Assembly (NCBI GenBank): GCA_040905465.1
Contig: JBBDRK010000042.1
Coordinates: forward strand, 6,676 to 18,817
DNA length: 12,142 nt
Source: Trueperaceae bacterium
GTDB lineage: Bacteria > Deinococcota > Deinococci > Deinococcales > Trueperaceae
Reading direction: 5' to 3'
Part shown: one piece after another, positions 1-7,421 of the stretch
Numbering within the stretch: position 1 is the stretch's first letter
How the letters are laid out: each line of letters opens with the position of its first letter
Notes under the pieces: generated by a model
The model's database searches: none
Seen by the model: the letters and a program-made list of their open reading frames with translations, nothing else
Told to the model about the DNA's origin: nothing
Position numbers and translations under genes: made by a program

Positions 1-2103
1 CTGGACATGGCGATCGAGAAGGCCGGGACGCAGCGCTCCTCGGAAGTTGTGCTGGCTATGGCCCATAGGGGCCGCCTGAACGTGCTCGTGAACATCATGG
101 GCAAGAGCGCTCGCGACATCTTCCGCGAGTTCGAGGACGTCGACCCTGAGATGCACCGGGGCCGCGGCGACGTGAAGTACCACCTGGGCTACTCGGGCGA
201 CTGGTCCACCTCGACCGGCGCCAAGCTCCACCTGTCGCTCTGCTTCAATCCGTCGCACCTGGAGTTCGTCAATCCGGTGGCGCTGGGCAGAACGCGGGCC
301 AAGCAAGATCGCATCGGCGACGACGAGCGCCAGCGGGCGCTGTGCATCCTGATACACGGCGACGCCTCGTTCATCGGCGAGGGGGTAGTGCAGGAGTCGC
401 TGAACCTCTCGGAGCTGCCCGGTTACCGCGTGGGCGGCACCCTGCACGTGATAGTCAACAACCAGCTCGGCTTCACGACCGGACCGGATCAGGGGCGATC
501 GACCACCTACGCGAGCGACGTGGCCAAGATGCTGCAGAGCCCCATCTTCCACGTCAACGGCGAGGACCCGGAGGCGGTGGCGCAGGTGATCGAACTGGCC
601 ATGGACTTCCGCCAGAAGTTCAGGCGCGACGTCGTGATCGACATGTACGCCTACCGGCGCCATGGCCACAACGAAGGGGACGAGCCGTCGTTCACCCAGC
701 CGGACATGTACCGCAAGATAAAGGCTCGGCCGACGGTCCGCGACGGCTACCTCAAACGCCTGCTGCGCCTAGGCGAGGTGGGCGGCGAGGAGGCCGATCA
801 GATCGCCGAGCAGCGCCGTGAGCACCTGGAGCAGGAGCTTTCGGTCGCCAGGCGCGAAGACTTTCGTCCCCACTATTCGGCCGGCGAGGGAGTGTGGCAA
901 CCGTACTGCGGCGGCAAGGACTCCGAGGCGCCGGAAGTCGAAACCGGGCTGCCTCGTGAGGAGGTTGCCGCGCTGCTCGAGCACCTCGCCGGCGTCCCCG
1001 ACGATGTTTCGATCAACCCCAAGATAGCCCGCCTCCTGAGCCTGAGGTCGGAGATGGCGCGGGGCGAACGGCCGCTCGAGTGGGCCAGTGCCGAGGCGCT
1101 GGCGCTCGGCAGCCTGGCCGACGCCGGATTTCGGATCCGCCTGACCGGCCAGGACAGCGAGAGAGGCACCTTCAGCCACCGACACGCCGTGCTGCACGAC
1201 GTGAACGGCCGCAACACCTGGGTGCCGCTGCAGCACGTGGCCGGTGACCAGTCGCCGGTGAAGATCTACAACAGCCCCCTGTCGGAGACGGGCGTGCTGG
1301 GCTACGAGTACGGTTACAGCCTCGACTGGCCAGACGCGCTAATCGTCTGGGAGGCGCAGTATGGCGACTTCAACAACGCCGCCCAGGTGATTATCGACCA
1401 GTTCATCGCTTCGGCCGAAGACAAGTGGCGCCGGCTCTCCGGACTGGTGATGCTGTTGCCGCACGGTTTCGAGGGCTCCGGTCCCGAGCACTCCAGCGCC
1501 AGGCTCGAGCGATTCCTGCAGCTTTGCGCCGAGGACAACATGCAGATCGTTTATCCCACCACGCCGGCGCAATACTTCCACCTGCTCAGGCGCCAGGCGC
1601 TGCGTCCCTACCGCAAGCCGCTGGTCGTGATGAGCCCCAAGAGCCTGCTCCGGCATGCCGCGGCGGTCTCCGAGCTGAGCGAGTTCAGCGAGGGACGGTT
1701 CGAACGGGTACTGGCAGACCCGGCGGCGCCGAAGAAGGCCCGCCGTGTACTGCTATGCAGCGGCAAGCTCTACTATGAGCTGGCAGCCGAGCGTGAGGAG
1801 AAGGGCATCGACGACGTCGCCATCGTGCGCCTCGAACAGCTCTACCCTCTGAACGAAGGACAGCTCGAGACGGTGCTCGATCGCTACGGCAAGAAGGTTC
1901 CGGTCGTCTGGGTCCAGGAGGAGCCGGAGAACATGGGTGCCTGGCGATTCCTGCGGATCCAGTGGGGCGACCGCCTCTTTGGCCGCGGCTTCTCCGGCAT
2001 CACTCGGCCCGCATCGGCCAGCCCGGCCACCGGCTCGGCAAGCGCTCACCGGATCGAGCAGGCGGAGATAATTCGGGCGGCGTTCGCCACCGAGCCGTCG
2101 TGA
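1..2103 (+). CDS. sucA: 2-oxoglutarate dehydrogenase E1 component (5'-truncated; the gene begins upstream of the window)
   Basis: The frame is open from base 1. It contains the OGDH E1 motifs [25 protein letters not shown], the ThDP-binding [10 protein letters not shown]...[61 protein letters not shown] and [12 protein letters not shown]. At about 700 aa it is shorter than a full E1o, so the N-terminus is missing. It lies directly upstream of the E2 and E3 genes. Confidence 0.97.
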   Translation: MDMAIEKAGTQRSSEVVLAMAHRGRLNVLVNIMGKSARDIFREFEDVDPEMHRGRGDVKYHLGYSGDWSTSTGAKLHLSLCFNPSHLEFVNPVALGRTRAKQDRIGDDERQRALCILIHGDASFIGEGVVQESLNLSELPGYRVGGTLHVIVNNQLGFTTGPDQGRSTTYASDVAKMLQSPIFHVNGEDPEAVAQVIELAMDFRQKFRRDVVIDMYAYRRHGHNEGDEPSFTQPDMYRKIKARPTVRDGYLKRLLRLGEVGGEEADQIAEQRREHLEQELSVARREDFRPHYSAGEGVWQPYCGGKDSEAPEVETGLPREEVAALLEHLAGVPDDVSINPKIARLLSLRSEMARGERPLEWASAEALALGSLADAGFRIRLTGQDSERGTFSHRHAVLHDVNGRNTWVPLQHVAGDQSPVKIYNSPLSETGVLGYEYGYSLDWPDALIVWEAQYGDFNNAAQVIIDQFIASAEDKWRRLSGLVMLLPHGFEGSGPEHSSARLERFLQLCAEDNMQIVYPTTPAQYFHLLRRQALRPYRKPLVVMSPKSLLRHAAAVSELSEFSEGRFERVLADPAAPKKARRVLLCSGKLYYELAAEREEKGIDDVAIVRLEQLYPLNEGQLETVLDRYGKKVPVVWVQEEPENMGAWRFLRIQWGDRLFGRGFSGITRPASASPATGSASAHRIEQAEIIRAAFATEPS

Positions 2104-2125
2104 CCCGTCCTCCCATACGTCACGC

Positions 2126-2131
2126 AAGGAG
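2126..2131 (+). promoter_or_regulatory. Shine-Dalgarno site of sucB
   Basis: AAGGAG lies 5 nt before the ATG at 2137. Confidence 0.8.
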
Positions 2132-2136
2132 CAGAC

Positions 2137-3447
2137 ATGGCTGTTGAACTGAAAGTGCCGACCGTCGGGGAATCGGTGTCCGAGGTCTTCATTGGCGCCT
2201 GGCTCAAGCAGGAGGGCGAGCCGATCAGCGTCGACGAGCCGCTTGTCGAGCTGGAGACCGACAAGGCGACAGTCGAGCTTCCGGCCTCCGTTTCGGGCAC
2301 CCTCGGCAAGGTGCTCAAGCGGCAAGGCGAGACGGCGCAGGTCGGTGAGGTCATCGCTCACCTCGAAGAGGGGTCGGCTCCGGCGGCCGGCGAGGCGGGG
2401 AGCGAGGCAAGTGGCGCAGCAGAAACAGGCGGCGTCGAGGCAGGTGCGGCCACTGGAGGCGGGGCCAAGCCGAGCGGCGAGGGCGGAGGAGTGGCCGGCG
2501 AGAAGCCTGCGGCTGCCGGGCAGGAGACGCCGGCCGCCGGCGACGGTGATACGCGGGTGATGCCGGCGGCGCAGCGAATGCTGGACGAACACGGTATCGA
2601 CGCCGCCCAGGTGAGCGCCGGCGGCCCGGGCGGGCGACTGCTGAAAGAGGACGTACAGCGCTATCTGGACGCTCGGACCACCGAACCGGCGCCGACCGAA
2701 TCGGCGAGGACCACGGCCGGCGCGAGCGCGGTGTCAGGAGCCGGTGAGCGCCAGGAGGAAGTCGTGCCGATGAGCCCGTTGCGCCGCCGGATCGCCGAGC
2801 GGCTGGTCGAGGCCCAGCGCGACGCAGCATTGCTCACCACCTTCAACGAGATCGACATGAGCCAGGTCATGGAGTTGCGCAAGCAGTACCGGGACGAGTT
2901 CGAGAAGCGCTACGGCGTACGCCTCGGCTTCATGTCGTTCTTCGTCAAGGCGGCGATAGACGCGCTCAAGAGCATTCCCGAGCTCAACGCCGAGATCCGC
3001 GAACAGAACATCGTCTACAAAAACTACTACGACATCGGCGTGGCGGTTTCGACGCCCAAGGGGCTGGTCGTTCCGGTGCTGCGAGGCGCCGAACGGCTGT
3101 CGTTCGCGGAGGTCGAAACCGCGATAGGTGACTTCGGCAAGCGTGCTCAAGCGAACAGGATCGCTCCCGATGAGCTGCAGGGCGGCACGTTCACCATCTC
3201 CAACGGCGGCGTGTTCGGCTCCCTCATGTCGACGCCGATAGTCAATCCGCCCCAGTCGGGCGTTCTCGGCATGCATACGATCCAGGAGCGACCGGTGGCG
3301 GTGGAAGGCCGGGTGGAGATACGGCCGATGATGTATGTGGCCCTGTCGTACGACCACAGGATCGTCGATGGCCGGGAAGCGGTGACGTTCCTGAAGCGCA
3401 TCAAGGATGCCGTGGAACGGCCGACGCGGATGCTGCTCGAAGTGTGA
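2137..3447 (+). CDS. sucB: Dihydrolipoyllysine-residue succinyltransferase (E2 of 2-oxoglutarate dehydrogenase)
   Basis: It has one lipoyl domain ([11 protein letters not shown]), an Ala/Gly/Glu-rich linker, a peripheral subunit-binding domain (PAAQRML...[11 protein letters not shown]) and a catalytic domain ([45 protein letters not shown]). There is a good SD. Confidence 0.97.
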   Translation: MAVELKVPTVGESVSEVFIGAWLKQEGEPISVDEPLVELETDKATVELPASVSGTLGKVLKRQGETAQVGEVIAHLEEGSAPAAGEAGSEASGAAETGGVEAGAATGGGAKPSGEGGGVAGEKPAAAGQETPAAGDGDTRVMPAAQRMLDEHGIDAAQVSAGGPGGRLLKEDVQRYLDARTTEPAPTESARTTAGASAVSGAGERQEEVVPMSPLRRRIAERLVEAQRDAALLTTFNEIDMSQVMELRKQYRDEFEKRYGVRLGFMSFFVKAAIDALKSIPELNAEIREQNIVYKNYYDIGVAVSTPKGLVVPVLRGAERLSFAEVETAIGDFGKRAQANRIAPDELQGGTFTISNGGVFGSLMSTPIVNPPQSGVLGMHTIQERPVAVEGRVEIRPMMYVALSYDHRIVDGREAVTFLKRIKDAVERPTRMLLEV

Positions 3448-3465
3448 ACCTCGCGCCGTTTGCGC

Positions 3466-3506
3466 GGCCTAGTCCGGAGGTCAGCAGAGGTGGCCTCATC
3501 CGGAGG
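3466..3506 (+). repeat. Imperfect 15-bp direct repeat in the sucB-lpdA spacer; the second copy overlaps the lpdA SD
   Basis: GGCCTagTCCGGAGG (3466-3480) and GGCCTcaTCCGGAGG (3492-3506) are 13/15 identical with a 26-bp period. The SD GGAGGAG is at 3502-3508. Confidence 0.6.
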
Positions 3507-3511
3507 AGATA

Positions 3512-4903
3512 ATGCCCAAGCACGACCTGATCGTCATAGGTGGCGGGCCGGGCGGTTACGTCGCCTCGTTGCGTGCCGCTCAACTCGGCTTCGACGTCGC
3601 CTGCGTGGAGGCCGAAGAGGCACTCGGCGGTACCTGCGTGCGGGTGGGCTGCATACCCTCGAAGGCGCTGCTCGAATCGAGCGAGCGCTATCATCAGGCG
3701 CATTCGGGAGTCGAGCTCCAGGACCATGGGGTCGCGGTGCTGGACGTCACGCTCGACTTGCCGCGCATGCTGGCGCGCAAGGACGAGGTCGTGAAGGCCA
3801 ACAGCGACGGCGTGGCGTTCCTCTTCAAGAAGAACAAGGTCGAACGGTACCGCGGGAGGGGCGAGATCAGCGCGGCCGGGTACGTGCGAGTGCACGGTGA
3901 GAGCGGCTCCGAGGACCTGGAAGCCGAACACATCGTCATCGCAACGGGATCGAAGGTAGCCGGCCTCCCGGGAGTCGAGATCGACGGCGACCGTATCGGC
4001 TCGTCGGAACACGCCCTGTCGTATGGCGATGTACCGCAACGGCTGGTGGTCATCGGTGCCGGCTACATAGGGCTCGAGCTCGGTTCGGTCTGGCGCCGCC
4101 TGGGTTCGGACGTGACGGTTCTGGAGTACTTCGACCGGATCCTGCCGGGCATGGACGGCGAACTCGCCAAGGAGGCCCTCAAGTCGTTCAAGAAGCAGGG
4201 GATCGACTTCCGCCTGGGAGTGAAGGTGACCGGCGCCCGTGGCGACAGCCAAGGCGCCGTGGTCGAGTTGGAAGGCGGCGAGAGCGTGCAGGCCGACAGG
4301 GTGCTTGTTGCCGTCGGCCGCAAACCCAATACCGACGATCTGGGACTCGAAGCGATCGGTGTCGAGCGCGACGAGCGCGGACGGGTGAAGGTCGACAGTC
4401 GGTTTCGCACCAATGTCGCCGGCGTCTACGCAATCGGGGACGTTATCGCCGGTCCGATGCTCGCCCACAAGGCCGAGGAGGAGGGCGTGGCGCTGGTAGA
4501 GATGCTGGCGGGCGGCGCCTCTCACGTCAACTACGAGGTGATTCCGGGAATCGTCTACACCGAGCCGGAGATCGCGACGGTGGGACGCTCGGAAGAGAGC
4601 CTGAAAGAAGATGGTGTCGAGTACCGCAAGGGAGTCTTCCCCTACCTGGCCAACGGCCGGGCTCGTGCCCTGGGCGCGACCGAGGGCAAGGTGAAGGTGC
4701 TGGCGGACGCGCGCACCGACCGCATCCTGGGCGTGCACATAATAGGAGCACGCGCCGGCGACCTGATAGCCGAAGCTGTTGCAGCCATGAACTTCGGCGC
4801 CTCGAGCGAAGACCTCGCCCGCACAGTCCACGCCCATCCGACTCTCTCCGAACTGCTTCGCGAGGCGGCGCTGGCAGTGGATGGACGCGCCCTGCACAGC
4901 TGA
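3512..4903 (+). CDS. lpdA: Dihydrolipoyl dehydrogenase (E3)
   Basis: It has the FAD-binding GGGPGG, the redox disulfide GGTCVRVGCIPSK, the NAD-binding GAGYIGLE, GDVIAGPMLAHKA and the C-terminal HAHPTLSE. SD GGAGGAG precedes the ATG. Confidence 0.97.
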   Translation: MPKHDLIVIGGGPGGYVASLRAAQLGFDVACVEAEEALGGTCVRVGCIPSKALLESSERYHQAHSGVELQDHGVAVLDVTLDLPRMLARKDEVVKANSDGVAFLFKKNKVERYRGRGEISAAGYVRVHGESGSEDLEAEHIVIATGSKVAGLPGVEIDGDRIGSSEHALSYGDVPQRLVVIGAGYIGLELGSVWRRLGSDVTVLEYFDRILPGMDGELAKEALKSFKKQGIDFRLGVKVTGARGDSQGAVVELEGGESVQADRVLVAVGRKPNTDDLGLEAIGVERDERGRVKVDSRFRTNVAGVYAIGDVIAGPMLAHKAEEEGVALVEMLAGGASHVNYEVIPGIVYTEPEIATVGRSEESLKEDGVEYRKGVFPYLANGRARALGATEGKVKVLADARTDRILGVHIIGARAGDLIAEAVAAMNFGASSEDLARTVHAHPTLSELLREAALAVDGRALHS

Positions 4904-4990
4904 ACTGCGGTGAGAGGATTTGTCTGGCAGCCCGTAGTCTCGCATCTTCGCCGGTGCCAGCATTGACGCACCGCCCCCGGAGGGAGAGAC

Positions 4991-5500
4991 ATGCGCATCG
5001 CGACGTTGGTTCTGACAGGTATGTTGCTGGTGCTCGGAGCGGCCATTGGACAAGAGGGCGCCGGCGAAGGGGAGGTAGTGGAGGTCCGGATGGTGACGGA
5101 GGGCTCCTCGTTCTACTTCGACCCGGTTGGGCTGCTGGTGGAACCGGGGACCACAGTCCGCTTCATCAACGAGAGCGGGCAGCACACGGCAACGGCGTAT
5201 TGCGAAGGTAACGGCAAGTCCAACCGCATTCCCGAAGGCGCCGAGTGCTGGGATTCAGGGATGCTGGTGGAGGAGGGTGCCACCTTCGAGGTCACGCTGA
5301 CCGAGGAGGGCGTCTACGACTACTTCTGCCTGCCACACGAGTCACTGGGAATGGTCGGCCGCATCATCGTCGGTTCGCCCGATGCCTTCCCGGTCCAGGA
5401 CCCTGCCGAGCTCGTCCCGGCCGTTCAAGAAGCACTGCCGTCGGTAGAGGAAATCATGGGAGCGGAGGGCGGACGCGTTTCCAACGAGCCCGCACAATAG
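4991..5500 (+). CDS. Secreted plastocyanin/azurin-family (type-1 blue copper, halocyanin-like) protein
   Basis: The N-terminus resembles a signal peptide (MRIATLVLTGMLLVLGAAIG-Q). The cupredoxin core reads FDPVGLLVEPGTTVRF. Predicted Cu ligands are His65 (QHTATAY) and C113-x2-H116-x4-M121 (GVYDYFCLPHESLGMVGRIIV). SD GGAGGGAG is at 4979-4986. Confidence 0.9.
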   Translation: MRIATLVLTGMLLVLGAAIGQEGAGEGEVVEVRMVTEGSSFYFDPVGLLVEPGTTVRFINESGQHTATAYCEGNGKSNRIPEGAECWDSGMLVEEGATFEVTLTEEGVYDYFCLPHESLGMVGRIIVGSPDAFPVQDPAELVPAVQEALPSVEEIMGAEGGRVSNEPAQ

Positions 5501-5509
5501 CGGCGAAGC

Positions 5510-7294
5510 CTACTGCTCCTGGCCGTTCACTGTCATCCTCGGTGCGGTCGAATCCGAGGGAGTTCGCTGCATATAGCGGTCGAAGTCTGGGCCCGGCATG
5601 GGCCGCTCGAACAGGTAGCCCTGGGCCCAGCGGCAACCGGTGCCGATCAGGAAGTCCGCTTGGGCCTGGGTCTCGACACCCTCGGCAATCACCTTGAGAG
5701 CGAGCTTGTCGGCAAGCAACTGGATCGCTTCGACCAGCACCCGGCTCCGCTCGTCTCGCACCACCCGGTGGATGAACGAGCGGTCGACCTTCAGGTGAGT
5801 GATCGGCAGGTGCTGCAGGTACTTCAAGCTGGAGTAGCCGGTACCGAAGTCGTCGATGGCTATCTGCACTCCCAGGCCCGCGAACCTGCGCAGGTCGCGC
5901 GCGGCGCGCTCGACGTCCTGCATGAGGTAGGTCTCGGTCAGTTCGAGCATCACAGCATCGTGAGGCACGCCCGATACGCCCAGTATTCGGGCGAAAGTGG
6001 TGAGGAACTGAGGCGACTCCAGTTGCCGCGGTGAGAGGTTGATTCCCAGATGCAGGCCCGGATGGCACTCGAGCCAGGTCTTCAACTGGGTGAGTGACTG
6101 CTCCAGCACCCATTCGCCGATCGGATGGATGGTGCCGTTGTCCTCGGCCACCGGAATGAACTCGGCGGGAGGTATCAGGCCGCGCTCTGGGTGGCGCCAG
6201 CGGAGCAACGTCTCGGCTCCGGCAACGGCTCCGCTGCCTAGGTCCACCACCGGCTGGTAGTGGACCTCGAACTCGTCATTTCCGAGCGCCTGGCGCAGGT
6301 CGGCCTCGATCTCCAGGTTGTCCTTCACGCGGGCATCGAGATGGGCGTCGTAGACCACGTAACGCGACTTGCCCCCGGCCTTGGCGCGGCGAAGAGCGAT
6401 GTCTGCCTGGTTGATCACCACATCCGGATCGCGGGCGCCTTCGGTCGCTACCGAGATGCCGATGCTGGTGCCCACGTCGAGTGCCACTCCGGCCAGCCGG
6501 AACGGCTCGGTGAAGTTCTCGAGAACGCGTTGCGCCACCCTCACCGCGTTCCATACGCTGCCGACATCGAGCAGCAGCAGGGCGAACTCGTCGCCTGCCA
6601 GCCGGGCGGCGATGTCCCCCGGCCTGATGCACTGGCGGATGCGCATGGCGGCGTGCACCAGCAACTGGTCCCCGACCGCGTGCCCGAACATGTCGTTTAC
6701 TCGCTTGAAGTCGTCCAGATCGAGGAACAGGACCGCATCGCGGGCAGCCTGCTTGCGGGCCTCGTCGACGAACGCCCGCCGCGCCACGTCGAAGAACTCC
6801 ACCCGGTTCGGGAGGTCGGTCAGTCCGTCGTGGCCCGAGCTGTGCTCGAGTTGCTTCTCCTTCAACCGCTCTTCGGTCGTGTCGGCGAGTGACGACACGA
6901 CACCGTACGGCTCGCTGGCGCCTTCGCGTTGCAAGGGCACGCTACTGACCGAAATCCAAGCCAGGTCCCCGTCCGGCTTGCGGATGGCTATCGCGCTGCT
7001 CAACGGCTTGCCACTGCGCAGCGCCTGCATAGGCGGATAGGACTCGAGTTTCAGTGGAGTGCCGTCCTCGTCGATAGCTCCCCAGCCGTGCCCGCGTCGG
7101 GTCCCGTCGATGAGAACCGACGCGTCCACACCCAGGATTCTCTCCGCCGCCCCGTTGCACTCGGTAACCGCTCCCTGGAGGTCCTGCACGATGATCCCCT
7201 GCGCCAGGGCCGATATGACCGTAGCGTAGTGGGAGTCGCTCTCCTGAACGGCAGAGGTGGCGCGTGCTTCGGGGGCTGACTTGCCTCGACTCAT
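5510..7294 (-). CDS. PAS-GGDEF-EAL diguanylate cyclase/c-di-GMP phosphodiesterase
   Basis: N-terminal PAS-like segment: GIIVQDLQGAVTECNGAAERILG...RKPDGDLAWISVS...DTTE. GGDEF domain: DLDDFKRVNDMFGHAVGD, RPGD, RLAGDEF. EAL domain: YQPVVD, ETLLRW, LELTE, IDDFGTGYSS, KVDRSF, EGVET, QGYLF. I placed the start at ATG 7294 because AGGAATGGAG precedes it; the in-frame ATG at 7327 is the alternative. Confidence 0.93.
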   Translation of the reverse strand: MSRGKSAPEARATSAVQESDSHYATVISALAQGIIVQDLQGAVTECNGAAERILGVDASVLIDGTRRGHGWGAIDEDGTPLKLESYPPMQALRSGKPLSSAIAIRKPDGDLAWISVSSVPLQREGASEPYGVVSSLADTTEERLKEKQLEHSSGHDGLTDLPNRVEFFDVARRAFVDEARKQAARDAVLFLDLDDFKRVNDMFGHAVGDQLLVHAAMRIRQCIRPGDIAARLAGDEFALLLLDVGSVWNAVRVAQRVLENFTEPFRLAGVALDVGTSIGISVATEGARDPDVVINQADIALRRAKAGGKSRYVVYDAHLDARVKDNLEIEADLRQALGNDEFEVHYQPVVDLGSGAVAGAETLLRWRHPERGLIPPAEFIPVAEDNGTIHPIGEWVLEQSLTQLKTWLECHPGLHLGINLSPRQLESPQFLTTFARILGVSGVPHDAVMLELTETYLMQDVERAARDLRRFAGLGVQIAIDDFGTGYSSLKYLQHLPITHLKVDRSFIHRVVRDERSRVLVEAIQLLADKLALKVIAEGVETQAQADFLIGTGCRWAQGYLFERPMPGPDFDRYMQRTPSDSTAPRMTVNGQEQ

Positions 7295-7402
7295 CGATCT
7301 CCATTCCTGCACGCTGCCCCGAGACATCGTACAAGGCGCCGACTTACAGATGCCTTAACTCGGCCGCCGTGGTCGGCTGCGACGGGGATGGTTGAAAGCC
7401 GC

Positions 7403-7411
7403 TGTTATACT
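7403..7411 (+). promoter_or_regulatory. Putative extended -10 promoter (TGnTATACT) for mqnE-mqnA
   Basis: TG-T-TATACT matches the TGnTATAAT consensus at all but one position and ends 10 nt before ATG 7422. There is no SD before the start and no -35 at normal spacing. Confidence 0.65.
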
Positions 7412-7421
7412 TCTGCCTGCG

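Noticed and set aside
2099..2124. CGTGAC...GTCACG inverted repeat spanning the sucA stop
   Set aside because: A 6-bp stem with a 14-nt loop and no U-tract inside an operon is not distinguishable from chance.
2365..2553. Low-complexity Gly/Ala/Glu-rich segment in SucB as an insertion or repeat element
   Set aside because: It is the normal flexible linker between the lipoyl and subunit-binding domains of E2, with no true tandem DNA repeat.
4920..4963. Candidate promoters for the cupredoxin (TTGTCT-N17-CATCTT, TAGTCT, TGcCAGCAT)
   Set aside because: These are several weak, mutually inconsistent matches, and none is strong enough to call.
4968..4986. C-tract/G-tract (CCCCCGGAGGG) before the cupredoxin as a CsoR-type copper operator
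   Set aside because: It lacks the flanking TAC...GTA inverted arms, and the G-tract is explained by the SD.
3401..5185. 594-aa antisense ORF opposite lpdA
   Set aside because: It is a shadow ORF on the reverse strand of a conserved gene, as expected from high-GC codon bias, and has no recognisable domain.
5498..5512. GCGAAGC mini-hairpin between the convergent cupredoxin and GGDEF-EAL stops as a bidirectional terminator
   Set aside because: The stem is only about 3 bp with no U-tract on either strand, and a GC-rich 7-mer is expected by chance.
7392..7397. TTGAAA as a -35 element or as the TTG start of mqnE
   Set aside because: It is only 8 bp from TATACT, too close to be a -35. A start here would place the likely promoter inside the CDS.
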